This document shows, piece after piece, positions 20,059-29,536 of a DNA stretch of 64,000 bases (position 1 is the stretch's first letter; each line of letters starts with the position of its first letter). The DNA is from Candidatus Parvarchaeota archaeon (GTDB taxonomy: Archaea; Nanobdellota; Nanobdellia; WJKC01): NCBI GenBank assembly GCA_017608505.1, contig JAFCFT010000002.1, positions 15,299-79,298 of the forward strand, written 5' to 3'. Both the position numbers and the translations under genes were made by a program. Below the pieces are notes generated by a model. The model had not been told where the DNA came from, made no database searches, and saw only the letters and a list, made by a program, of their open reading frames with translations.

Positions 20059-20160
20059 CCACCTCCAAGGAGGGGGACTTTCCCTCCCCCTCCTCTAGGC
20101 TACTTCTCCCCCTCCCTCGCATTACTATGTAGGTTTTATGATTAATCAACCACAACCACC
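20038..20160. mobile_element. 71-bp GC-rich hairpin insert flanked by a perfect 26-bp direct repeat
   Basis: TTTATGATTAATCAACCACAACCACC at 20038-20063 and 20135-20160; the insert carries a GGAGGGGGA...TCCCCCTCC stem. Confidence 0.7.
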
Positions 20161-20432
20161 CTGTAATACTTTGCTTCGCCAGCAGTTGGGCTCTTTCTTG
20201 TGATTTCTATCACATCTCCGGGCTTTGCCTTAAGCAATTTGGCGCACGGGTCTTTTTTTGAAATTTTTGGCAACGATGCTTTTGTTATATTGTACTTTGA
20301 AAGCAAGTTTATTGTCTCCTCTTCATTAAGTATTCTATGATCAGGGACTATCTCATGGTCAAAAAGTATAAACTTCTTTTTTACTTCTTTAGCCCCTTCT
20401 TCCCCTTTTGATTGGTTTTTTTCCCCAGTCAT
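20142..20432 (-). CDS. rpoH: RNA polymerase subunit H (Rpo5)
   Basis: [33 protein letters not shown]. Confidence 0.97.
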   Translation of the reverse strand: MTGEKNQSKGEEGAKEVKKKFILFDHEIVPDHRILNEEETINLLSKYNITKASLPKISKKDPCAKLLKAKPGDVIEITRKSPTAGEAKYYRVVVVD

Positions 20433-20549
20433 GAATTAATTACCAACCGCGCGCGAATTATAATTAATTTCCTGATAATCTTAAATAAAACGCATTTTAT
20501 TTACTCAAGAAACTGTCTTCTCTTTTTAAATGTTTCGTTTTTTGCCCTT

Positions 20550-21020
20550 TTACCAAGGATTTTTCTGCAGTTTCAGCATAAATCCCAGCACATTAAACGC
20601 TTTGTAAATAAATGGTGCTGCCAGCATGATGCCTAAAACTTCAAAGGCATTGAATAAATCCCATGTTGCAATAATCACGCAAGCCACAAGAATTTCAGAA
20701 TCCCAAGGCTCAAATGATGCCCCTGGCTTTAAATTAATTTTTCTTTTAATAAAACTTGTCAGTAAGTCCCCTGCAACTACTCCAACTCCAGTTAAAAGCC
20801 CGTACTTAATGCTTCCAAGCACAAGATACCCTGATAGCAAACCAACACACATCATTGTTGCAACGCCTCTCCAAGTTTTATGAGAACCAAACACGCGTTT
20901 CCCTTTCCACTTTTTATTAAAATCCACAGGAGCATTCATTTTTGGAAAAAGCTTTGCACTAAGAACAGGGCTTAAGTTTGCAAGTATTAATGGAACTGCT
21001 TTTACAAACACGTCAATCAT
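20550..21020 (-). CDS. carS: CDP-archaeol synthase
   Basis: AN.SPV, PVD, FGSHKTWRG, GDLLTSFIKR..PG...WD. Confidence 0.9.
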   Translation of the reverse strand: MIDVFVKAVPLILANLSPVLSAKLFPKMNAPVDFNKKWKGKRVFGSHKTWRGVATMMCVGLLSGYLVLGSIKYGLLTGVGVVAGDLLTSFIKRKINLKPGASFEPWDSEILVACVIIATWDLFNAFEVLGIMLAAPFIYKAFNVLGFMLKLQKNPW

Positions 21021-21072
21021 ATAAATTCTTAATTCACTAAGCTTATATATTATTGCCTTATATCTTTAAGTA

Positions 21073-22071
21073 ATGTATGGTCCTTTTCCTGTCATTATAA
21101 TATTGTTTTCAGTTGGCTTTTTAATCATTCTTCATGCCTTAAAAACTAAAAAACATAAAAAGCATGCGAGAACTTTTGATGAATTGCTCCTTGGCGCGTT
21201 TCACATAATATTGTGTTTCATATACCCTTTGTATTATTTGCGTTTTCCTTCTCTTTCTAGCACTTTGTATCTTTTAACAAATATTTTAGCAGTGGCAACA
21301 ATATGTTTTTTACTTTTAATCCTTGCTTTTGAAAAATTCAATGTTTCAAAACATCCTTATCTTAAAAAGAAAAGATCCTACGCGTCTTTTAAAAAAAATT
21401 TCCTTTCAAATTACAATAAACAAAACAGATACAAAAGAAGGATAACACACATAATACCTGCGTTAGTGATACTTCCCATTTATTTAATTGGCAAGTCATT
21501 TGCTCCCTTGCTTCCAGATTGGGAAGCATGGTGCGTTGGATTAATAACAAGTGCTGGCGTATGTTTTGTTCTTGTTTTCTCAATTGCAGACCTCGTGCGG
21601 GTTTCTAAACCAGAATTGCTGCCTGAATGGGCAAGCAAACTTTTTTCAAAAGGATTAAACAAAGAAGAAGTCTTAGACAACACATTTACAACATCCTCTG
21701 CAATGATTCTTGGATTTGCTCCTTGGCTCCTTGCAGGCCTTCTTGTTTTTACAATTGTTTCTCTTGTTGCCTCTGTCTCTGACGCAATGGCGGCAATTAC
21801 GGGATTTAGATTTGGAAGGCACAGATTTCCAAAAAAAGGAAGAAAAACAGTGGAGGGCTACATAGCAGGCATACTTACCACATTTAGTTTAGTCATTGCC
21901 TCATTTTTCATACTTTCAACAATCAATCCTTTGTTAATAATCTTGTTTGGTCTGTTTCTTGCAGGAGCTTTCTTTTTAGTTGATGTTTTAAATCTTCCAA
22001 TAGATGACAATAAAATTAATCCTCAAGTAATAGGCTTTGTCCTACTAATCTTATTGGCAAGTTTTAGATAA
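21073..22071 (+). CDS. CTP-dependent polyprenol/diacylglycerol kinase family membrane protein (SEC59/DGK1/VTE5-like)
   Basis: RRITH, SDAMAAITG..FGRH, KTVEG motifs; multiple TM segments. Confidence 0.75.
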   Translation: MYGPFPVIIILFSVGFLIILHALKTKKHKKHARTFDELLLGAFHIILCFIYPLYYLRFPSLSSTLYLLTNILAVATICFLLLILAFEKFNVSKHPYLKKKRSYASFKKNFLSNYNKQNRYKRRITHIIPALVILPIYLIGKSFAPLLPDWEAWCVGLITSAGVCFVLVFSIADLVRVSKPELLPEWASKLFSKGLNKEEVLDNTFTTSSAMILGFAPWLLAGLLVFTIVSLVASVSDAMAAITGFRFGRHRFPKKGRKTVEGYIAGILTTFSLVIASFFILSTINPLLIILFGLFLAGAFFLVDVLNLPIDDNKINPQVIGFVLLILLASFR

Positions 22072-22529
22072 CAGCAAACTTGCAAGCGTTGCCATTGATG
22101 CCAACAGCCCTATTGCTCCAGGCTCATAATTGTTGATTACGTATCCCCCTATTATAGGAGCAATTACATAGCTTGCACTTGTAAGGGAATTAATTGCCCC
22201 CATTGTTTTTCCAATCTCACCTTTTACCCTTTTGCTTATCTCGCTAATTATTATCGGCTTTGCAATAATAAGCATAAATACTATGTATAGCATGATCCAC
22301 GTATTTGTATAATAAATCCTGCAAAAGCAAACGTTTGTGATACTATTAATATGGTCCTTCTTCCATACTTGTCGCTTAGTTTTCCTGCAAAAGGCGCAGT
22401 TGCAAACTGGCTTGCGAAATACACAGTTATTATTTGTCCAACAAGAAAAGGCGTTGCGCCTAATGTAGCTCCTAATCCAAGAGACTCAGCAAATATTATG
22501 TATGCTGCTAGCGCATGCTTGTTATTCAT
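22051..22529 (-). pseudogene. Internally deleted TetA-like MFS transporter remnant
   Basis: N-terminal piece (GKLSDKYGRR) and C-terminal piece (GKTMG..SLTS..VIAPIIGG) in two short ORFs; about 160 aa in total. Confidence 0.75.
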
Positions 22530-22987
22530 ACTGTTTCCTTTAATTTTTCTTTAATTCCTTCTTGTATTTTTTTCATTTGTTCTTCTTCTATTTTTTTCGT
22601 CCCCCATATGAATGCAAATCTTGTTTTATCTTCATGGAATCTTGGTATGACATGCATGTGAAAATGAGGTATTAACTGTCCTGCTTCTTTTCCATTGTTG
22701 CTTATTATATTAAATCCTAAAGGGTCTATTTCTTTTTTTATTGCAAGCACGATTTTCCACGCAACTTTCATCATGTGCTCTGCCATTTCTATTGGCATGT
22801 CATTAAGCTGTTCATAATGATTTTTAGGGACTATTAGCGTATGGCCTGGATTTACTGGATTAATATCTAAGAATGCTATTGCGTATTCATCTTCATAGAC
22901 TTTCATTGAAGGTATTTCTCCTTTAACAATTCTGCAGAACACGCAAGGCTCATCGCTTGGGTTGCTGATTTCTTGCCTATTAGTCAT
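22526..22987 (-). CDS. hit: HIT family hydrolase
   Basis: CVFCRIV, GHTLIVPK, HFHMHVIPR. Confidence 0.95.
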   Translation of the reverse strand: MTNRQEISNPSDEPCVFCRIVKGEIPSMKVYEDEYAIAFLDINPVNPGHTLIVPKNHYEQLNDMPIEMAEHMMKVAWKIVLAIKKEIDPLGFNIISNNGKEAGQLIPHFHMHVIPRFHEDKTRFAFIWGTKKIEEEQMKKIQEGIKEKLKETV

Positions 22988-23026
22988 AGAATTCTAGACT
23001 GCGCTATTACTTTTAAATTTTATTAG

Positions 23027-23231
23027 TGAGCCCGGAGGGATTTCCAATCCAAAAATTCTTCTCTGGCTTTTGAACCCCCGACACCCTGGTATCCTCCAGG
23101 GAGAGCCTGGTAAAAGCTTCACCTCCGTACCATCAAGCTGTTGCTTGATCCTGCAATCAAAAAGACTGCAGGCGCTTCGTAATCAAAGCGGGTTGGTGGT
23201 CAGGTGCTCTACCAAGCTGAGCTACGGGCCC
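23027..23231 (-). tRNA. tRNA-Lys(UUU) with three introns (30/31, 37/38, 59/60)
   Basis: Exons 23231-23201, 23117-23111, 23090-23069 and 23040-23027 join into a 74-nt cloverleaf GGGCCCG...CCTGG CTTTTAA CCAGG...TTCAAAT...CGGGCTCA; BHB-like pairing at each junction. Confidence 0.9.
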
Positions 23232-23841
23232 ACTTATTGAAAATTAATTTTATTTCCTTTTTAAGGCTTTTCATTTCTTTGTCATTTATCAACAGCCCAT
23301 AAACAACGGCAGTGCGCCCTGGCGCTTTCCCATTTTTGTACCATAGCAGTTCTTTATTAAACATTTTTTTTGTCAAGTAATTGCAGTCAACTCCAGTTGC
23401 CTCAAGACTGTATCTTTTTAAATCAGGGTGTTTGCAAGGCAATCCCTTCGTAAGATTGCACGGCCTGCATTTTTTGCATGCTCCGCTTCCAAGCAAAATT
23501 CCCCCTGCTTTGTCTTTAAGCATTCTCATTACCTTTTCACAGCGCGATTTAAGACACGAATTAGCAAGCATGACTTTAAGATAATCTTTATATCCGTATC
23601 CTTCTAATTGGTCAAGGTTTGCATACATATGCACAACAAGCATTGCATCATAACCCTTCGCCAGCCTTTTAAATGACGGAGCTATTGGAGGACAACAATA
23701 TTTTTTGCCGTAATTCCTGCACCCTTCTTTGCACATTTTGTCAAACAAGACTTTATTCACTTTTACTTCACTGCATTTTATAAATCCGTATTCGCACTTT
23801 GCTTTTAATTCATGTTTTGGCGTCTTGATTATTAAAAACAT
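23209..23841 (-). CDS. DUF2284-like Cys-rich metal-binding protein
   Basis: C..GC.NYG...CCPP, G.CKKC..C...PC.HP..R.SLEA.GVD; 3' end overlaps the tRNA-Lys 5' end. Confidence 0.8.
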   Translation of the reverse strand: MFLIIKTPKHELKAKCEYGFIKCSEVKVNKVLFDKMCKEGCRNYGKKYCCPPIAPSFKRLAKGYDAMLVVHMYANLDQLEGYGYKDYLKVMLANSCLKSRCEKVMRMLKDKAGGILLGSGACKKCRPCNLTKGLPCKHPDLKRYSLEATGVDCNYLTKKMFNKELLWYKNGKAPGRTAVVYGLLINDKEMKSLKKEIKLIFNKWARSSAW

Positions 23842-23875
23842 CTTTTTGTTTTAAGCAGTAAAACTTAAAAATCGT

Positions 23876-24625
23876 TTGCTAATATCAAACTTTATGAATG
23901 ACGAAGCACTTTTAAAAAAACTCGAAGACATAAAAATTCCTGCGCACGTTGGAATAATAATTGACGGAAACAGACGCTGGGCAAAAAAACACGGCTATTT
24001 AAAATACAGAGGTCACACTGCTGGCTTTAAACTCTTAAAAAAAATTATTAAATTCGCATTTAAGACAGGCATTAAGCACTTAAGCATTTATGCGCTTTCA
24101 ATTGAAAATCTAAAGCGCGAAGAGCGCGAATTAAAGCATTTATTTAGCCTTTTAAAAAAAGGGCTTGCAGAAATTAGGCAAGACAAAGATATAATGAAGG
24201 AAAGCGTAAAAATAAACATCCTGGGCAGGACATATCTTCTTCCAAAAGACCTTCAGGAAGAAATTAAAAAAACCCATGAATTTACAAGAAACAACAATAA
24301 ACTTACGCTTAATTTCTGCATTGCATACAATGGCCAAGATGAAATTGTTGATGCAGTTAAAGAAATAATCAACAAAAACATGCCTTCTGAAGAAATTGAC
24401 AGAAACATCATTAAGTCGCACTTATATACGCGCAATTCCCCTGAAGCTGACTTGATCATCAGGACAGGCATGGAAGACGGCAAGCGGATTTCAGGTTTTC
24501 TATTATGGGACGCAAGCTACGCAGAATTCATTTTTAGGGACGACTACTGGCCAGACTACACAAAAGATATGTTTGTAGAAGATTTAATTGAGTATTCAAG
24601 AAGAAACAGAAGGCGCGGCAAGTGA
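23876..24625 (+). CDS. uppS: Polyprenyl (cis-prenyl) diphosphate synthase (start probably the ATG at 23894)
   Basis: HVGIIIDGNRRWA, YALSIEN, DLIIRTG, RISGFLLW. Confidence 0.96.
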   Translation: MLISNFMNDEALLKKLEDIKIPAHVGIIIDGNRRWAKKHGYLKYRGHTAGFKLLKKIIKFAFKTGIKHLSIYALSIENLKREERELKHLFSLLKKGLAEIRQDKDIMKESVKINILGRTYLLPKDLQEEIKKTHEFTRNNNKLTLNFCIAYNGQDEIVDAVKEIINKNMPSEEIDRNIIKSHLYTRNSPEADLIIRTGMEDGKRISGFLLWDASYAEFIFRDDYWPDYTKDMFVEDLIEYSRRNRRRGK

Positions 24626-24942
24626 ATCTTATATAAATATGTAATCTTCCTTTTAATGTGTTTACAATTGGAATTTTTTTAGCTTTGTAGGTTCTGCTTT
24701 GCTTATTGCAACTGGCATTTATCTTATTTTTAAAAAGGCGCTTGCTATATGCAATCTTTAAAAGCCTCTGGCTAATCTCTGATACAGTAATCATTTTTAT
24801 CTTAACCAGTATGAGAGACGAGTATAAAAAAGCACGTTTAAGACTTGTGTTGCTTGGTGCGTTTTAAATAGCAACTTTTTTCTGGGGCTTTATAAACACA
24901 GTGTTGATTGCTTAACCTCATATGAATGTTTTATTCGAAGGC

Positions 24943-26304
24943 TTAGTTTCTCCTATTCTTATGGGCCTTTTGCCTATCTAATGTTAAAAAAAGGAACTCT
25001 CTATAAGCAGGCGTGTATATTACAGGGCCTTGCTTTCCTTTGTTGCACTTATAAATTAACTCCAATTTAGTCCCTGCCTGCAATTCATCGCACCCAATTA
25101 CTTCTGCCGTGCATTCCTTATCTCCAATCCTTATTCTTGAGGTTTTGCCATTATATTCTATTAAATGCGCATGCGCATAATTTGTCTTGACAACTGATTT
25201 GCCTGCGCATTCCACGCCCTTTGAAATCGCATTTATCCTTTTATTCATGAATTTGTCATGCATATATTCATTTAACTCGAATCTCTTGTCATGCATTTTA
25301 ATTGCGTCTTCAAGTTTTGCGCCTTTTGCAAATTTTTTAATTCTTTTAGCAGGCCTTATGCTTATTGTGCTCGCGCTTGCGCCAGAACCATATACATATC
25401 CAAGCACTTTGTCGCCATGTTTTGCATTATCCAAATAATTGCACAATATTAATCCAAAGTTTGCTGCAAAAGCATTTCCTATGCGCCTGTTAATAAAATT
25501 GTATTTAAATACTTCTTTAACATCTCTTTTCAAATCTTTAAAAGGATTTAATTCATACAAATCTTCGTGTTTTCTTTTTTCTCTTTCAAAATTAGTCATC
25601 CAGTATGGCATGTTTGGAACCGGCGTGTGGCCTATTACGTATTCAAAATCATTAATGTCTTTTCCAGCATTTTCTAAAAATCTGTTTATGCTTTCATACA
25701 CTAATTTTTTATAATAATACATGCTCTGCCTTCCATTGCATATTGGGTTTGCTGGGTCGTCATGTCTTATAAAAAAGTCGTTTACATCTTCAAAAACAGT
25801 ATTAACCCCTCCTCTTTTAATTATTGCTATTGGGTTGTCGCCTACTATGAATGCTGCAGCGCCATGTCCAACTTTATCATAAAATATATTCTCCTTTTTT
25901 ATTGGCGCGCAGTCTGCGAACACCACCAACGCGTATTTTCCATTAAAATCCTTGCTTTCAGTTTCCCTTAAAGCTGTTATCAGTGCATTTAGTCCAGATG
26001 CGCACGCATTTTGCACATCTTTTGTTTCAAGCAACTTATTAAGGCCTAACATTTCTGCCACAATTATTGCTGATGATTTCACTTTATATGCAGGCGTTTC
26101 AGAACAAAAATACACTGAAGCAATGTCATTTTTGTCTATATCCGCCTTTTTAATTGCCTCTTTTGCTGCATACCATCCTGCGCTGACAGAGTCAATATAA
26201 GGATGCGCTATTCTTTGTTCTAACAACCCTATGTTGTTCTCCTCAAGTTTTCTATAATATCTTCCAACAAACCATCCGTAACTTACTATCCCACTTTTTT
26301 CCAT
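24943..26304 (-). CDS. HMG-CoA synthase-like thiolase-fold protein with C-terminal extension
   Basis: CSET, NACASG (catalytic Cys), GAAAF, GHTP, IGN, YGSG. Confidence 0.75.
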   Translation of the reverse strand: MEKSGIVSYGWFVGRYYRKLEENNIGLLEQRIAHPYIDSVSAGWYAAKEAIKKADIDKNDIASVYFCSETPAYKVKSSAIIVAEMLGLNKLLETKDVQNACASGLNALITALRETESKDFNGKYALVVFADCAPIKKENIFYDKVGHGAAAFIVGDNPIAIIKRGGVNTVFEDVNDFFIRHDDPANPICNGRQSMYYYKKLVYESINRFLENAGKDINDFEYVIGHTPVPNMPYWMTNFEREKRKHEDLYELNPFKDLKRDVKEVFKYNFINRRIGNAFAANFGLILCNYLDNAKHGDKVLGYVYGSGASASTISIRPAKRIKKFAKGAKLEDAIKMHDKRFELNEYMHDKFMNKRINAISKGVECAGKSVVKTNYAHAHLIEYNGKTSRIRIGDKECTAEVIGCDELQAGTKLELIYKCNKGKQGPVIYTPAYREFLFLTLDRQKAHKNRRN

Positions 26305-26385
26305 TTTGAATTAGTATCATTTGCTTCCCTTATAAATTTTTTTAGTTTTTACTTGCTCTTGCTGGTATTATAACTGCATAAGTGG

Positions 26386-26397
26386 ACGCCCGGGCCG
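26386..26397. repeat. att site: copy of the tRNA-Asp 3' end
   Basis: ACGCCCGGGCCG identical to 51867-51878; GC-rich in an AT-rich context, at the host/cargo boundary. Confidence 0.75.
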
Positions 26398-26677
26398 CGC
26401 GTTAGTACAGTTGGTCATACCGCCCGGTCGTTACTTCAACTGGATAATGAATAATACGCAGTACTGATTTATAAATTCCTTTAAAACTTTTTTAGGGATA
26501 GACGCCCTAACTTTTCTCAAGCTCTTCAATGCACTTTTTCAAGTAATTAATTATTGCCTGTTTTTCTGGGCTGACTTTTTTAGGCTTTATGTTTTTGGTC
26601 AGTTCTCGGTACCAATCAGGCAGTTGTGATAAAGTTTCATTCATTAGAGTAATTATTTTGAGAAGTTGTATTTAAAG

Positions 26678-29536
26678 TTAGGATAGCTTTATACCCATAT
26701 TTCTTGCTGTTAAATCAACTGCCATTCTATTGATATCTTCATTCATCGCCATGAATTTGCTGATTAAATTTGGGTTTTTGTCTAATAAGAAATCCATAAA
26801 TTTTTCTGTTAATCTTTTTAGAAGCCCTTTTTTAAATACCATTCCTAAATCTTTATCTTTGTTACCTTTAATCATTGTTGTAACAAATTCATCATGGGTT
26901 ACATTTTCAATATATTCTTCTATTAATCCTTTTTCATCATCAGATAATGATGATTCAAATCTTAAGTTAATTGCTTCAACAACTTCTTTAACAGTTACAT
27001 ATTCTATTTCTCTTTTTTTACCCGCACTAATTATTTCTTTTTCTTTTGGTTTTTCCTTTTTAACTTCTTTTATTTTATATTTAGTTACATAAATTTTTTC
27101 TAGTTCTTTATCAAGCATTCTAAGTTTACCAAAAGGGCTTAAATAATTAGCCATATAATACGAAAACCTAGCAAAGTTTCTTAAGTCTTTATCTCTGATT
27201 ACGAATAAATTGTTTAAGAAGTTAAATGTATTATTATACTTCACTAATAAGCCTCTGAATTCTCTTCTTTTCTTAACTTCATATTTATGCAATCTCTTTT
27301 CTATATTTTGCGCAATTTTTTCAAAATAGAGATTAGTTTCATTATTAAGTATCCCTATATTAAAATCGTCTACGTCTTTTTTAGTAAAAACATTCCAATT
27401 AATTAAATCAATATATATTTTACTTAGTTCTTTAGTGTCTAATCCTGTTCTATCAATAACTGTTTTTTTGTATCTTCTGAATGCTTTTATAATTTCTTTG
27501 TACGAGTTCGTGAAATCAATTGTTAATGTGTCCCTTTTGTTTGGGAATACTCTGTTTAATCTGCTTATAGTTTGCACAGCATTAATTCCTGAAACACTTT
27601 TATCAAGAAACATTGTGTGTAATAATGGTTGATTAAATCCATATTGAAACTTGTTGGCCACTATTAAAAATCTGTAATTTTTTTTCTTAAATTCATCCTC
27701 AATTTTTCCTTTTATTTTATTTAAGTTTGCTTCAGTATATACTTTATCATCACCTTTTTTTAATTTAATACTACCTGTAAACGCCACTAAAGTTTTGTAC
27801 TCTAATCCTTGGTCTTGTAATTCTTTGTCTAATATTAGTTTATACTTAACTGCTGCTTTGCGACTGCTAGTTACTATCATTGCTTTGGCATAATTATCTT
27901 TTATTGCATTCTTAGTATGTTCTTCAAATATTTTGATTATGATTTTCACTTTAGCCTTTATTATATTTTCATCCTCGTAAGCTTTGGCTTTAATTTTTTT
28001 AATAACTGGCAATGGAGGGTATTCTTTACCTTCTCCTATTTTTTCTGATAACTTGTATAGTGTTTCGTAAGGAATAATATTATCAGATACATTGAGTATT
28101 TTACCCTCTTTTTCTGCTTGATCCATACTATAAACATCAAAGGGTTTACCAAACATTTGTATTGTTTTATCACTTGGGGTTGCAGTTAATGCAATAAAAA
28201 CCAAGTTTGGAAATTTTCTCTTAACTAATTCTGCACTTAACTCGTCTTGGAAGTTTTCTTCATAAGGTTCAAAATAACCTAACATGTTTTTGTGTAGTTT
28301 ACCTGTTTGTGATCTGTGCGCTTCATCAATTATTATACAAATCTTTTTACCTTTCTGTTCTGTTAGTAATTCTTTTAACTTTGTGACTGAGAATTTGTGT
28401 ATGGTGCTTACCACTACTTTTTTATTTTTGTTTAATGCTGTTGCTAATTCTTTCGTTGTTTCAACATAGGCTACTAAACCTTTTTGTGTTTCAACGTTTC
28501 TTATTTCATTTCCTAATTGTGTGTTAAGATTAATCCTATCTGTCAGTATTACTATTGAATCAAACAAAGGTTTATTATCGTAATGTATGTGTCTTAGGAA
28601 TCTTTGGAGTATTGCTATTGTGTAACTTTTACCGCTTCCTGCACTATGTTGTATTAAGTATCTTAAATCTAGTTTCTTAGTTTTCGAATAATTCTTTAAT
28701 ATATCTTCTCTAATTTTATTTACTGTTCTTCTCTGATGATATCGTGGGAAGAAAAAAGTAGTAACTTCTCTTCCATCTGGAAGTTTTACTTTTATGGTAT
28801 GCAAGTAATGTTCTATTATTTCTATTAATGATTCTGGTGTTAGTATTTCATTATACAAATATTCTATATTATACTCATTCTCTACTTGCGGGTTAATTAA
28901 GTCTTTGTTAAACCATACGAAGTCTTCAACACTATTACTAATGAATTCAGTGGCTATCTTAACATTTTTAGTGTCTGCTGCGATATGTAGTATTGGTTTC
29001 TTAAATATGTTCAAGCTTTTATCCCTGTCATCAATGTATTGTATTACTGCGTCATCAACTACTTGACCAGTTAATGGATTCTTTAATTCTATTGTGATTA
29101 AGGCAAAACCATTTAGGAATAAAACAATGTCTATTGATTCCATTGTTTTTCTGAAACAGAATTGTCTAACGTAACTGAAAATGTTTGATTCATAACGTTT
29201 TAATGTTTCAGGATTATAACTCGTCTCGGGTTTAAAATAAATTAACCTAATTTTAATATCATTGATTGTTATTCCATCTCTTAAGACCTCAAATAATTTC
29301 TTTTTATCTAATTCTTTACTAATCACTTTCTTAACTTCTTTAAGCCACTTATTGCCAAAAAATGATTTTAATTCTTTAACTTCTTCTGGTTGGGTTCTGG
29401 TTAAGAACTCCATTAATATATTATCGTCGATGTTAATACTTAAATCGATGTCATCAGTAACCCGCTTGCGATAACCATGGGCTTCTAATCTTTCACAAAA
29501 ATGAGTCTCAAACTTCTCTTCTTTCGGACCAGTCAC
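26678..29536 (-). CDS. hsdR: Type I restriction enzyme R subunit
   Basis: DIVLFLNG...IELKN nuclease, QHSAGSGKS, DEAH, TATP, QTISRLNR. Confidence 0.96.
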   Translation of the reverse strand: MTGPKEEKFETHFCERLEAHGYRKRVTDDIDLSINIDDNILMEFLTRTQPEEVKELKSFFGNKWLKEVKKVISKELDKKKLFEVLRDGITINDIKIRLIYFKPETSYNPETLKRYESNIFSYVRQFCFRKTMESIDIVLFLNGFALITIELKNPLTGQVVDDAVIQYIDDRDKSLNIFKKPILHIAADTKNVKIATEFISNSVEDFVWFNKDLINPQVENEYNIEYLYNEILTPESLIEIIEHYLHTIKVKLPDGREVTTFFFPRYHQRRTVNKIREDILKNYSKTKKLDLRYLIQHSAGSGKSYTIAILQRFLRHIHYDNKPLFDSIVILTDRINLNTQLGNEIRNVETQKGLVAYVETTKELATALNKNKKVVVSTIHKFSVTKLKELLTEQKGKKICIIIDEAHRSQTGKLHKNMLGYFEPYEENFQDELSAELVKRKFPNLVFIALTATPSDKTIQMFGKPFDVYSMDQAEKEGKILNVSDNIIPYETLYKLSEKIGEGKEYPPLPVIKKIKAKAYEDENIIKAKVKIIIKIFEEHTKNAIKDNYAKAMIVTSSRKAAVKYKLILDKELQDQGLEYKTLVAFTGSIKLKKGDDKVYTEANLNKIKGKIEDEFKKKNYRFLIVANKFQYGFNQPLLHTMFLDKSVSGINAVQTISRLNRVFPNKRDTLTIDFTNSYKEIIKAFRRYKKTVIDRTGLDTKELSKIYIDLINWNVFTKKDVDDFNIGILNNETNLYFEKIAQNIEKRLHKYEVKKRREFRGLLVKYNNTFNFLNNLFVIRDKDLRNFARFSYYMANYLSPFGKLRMLDKELEKIYVTKYKIKEVKKEKPKEKEIISAGKKREIEYVTVKEVVEAINLRFESSLSDDEKGLIEEYIENVTHDEFVTTMIKGNKDKDLGMVFKKGLLKRLTEKFMDFLLDKNPNLISKFMAMNEDINRMAVDLTARNMGIKLS

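Noticed and set aside
24534-24794. 86-aa minus-strand ORF after uppS
   Set aside because: Overlaps the uppS 3' end and has no motif; cannot be supported.
26421-26430. Second degenerate att-like word CGCCCGGTCG
   Set aside because: Too short and mismatched to call a separate integration scar.
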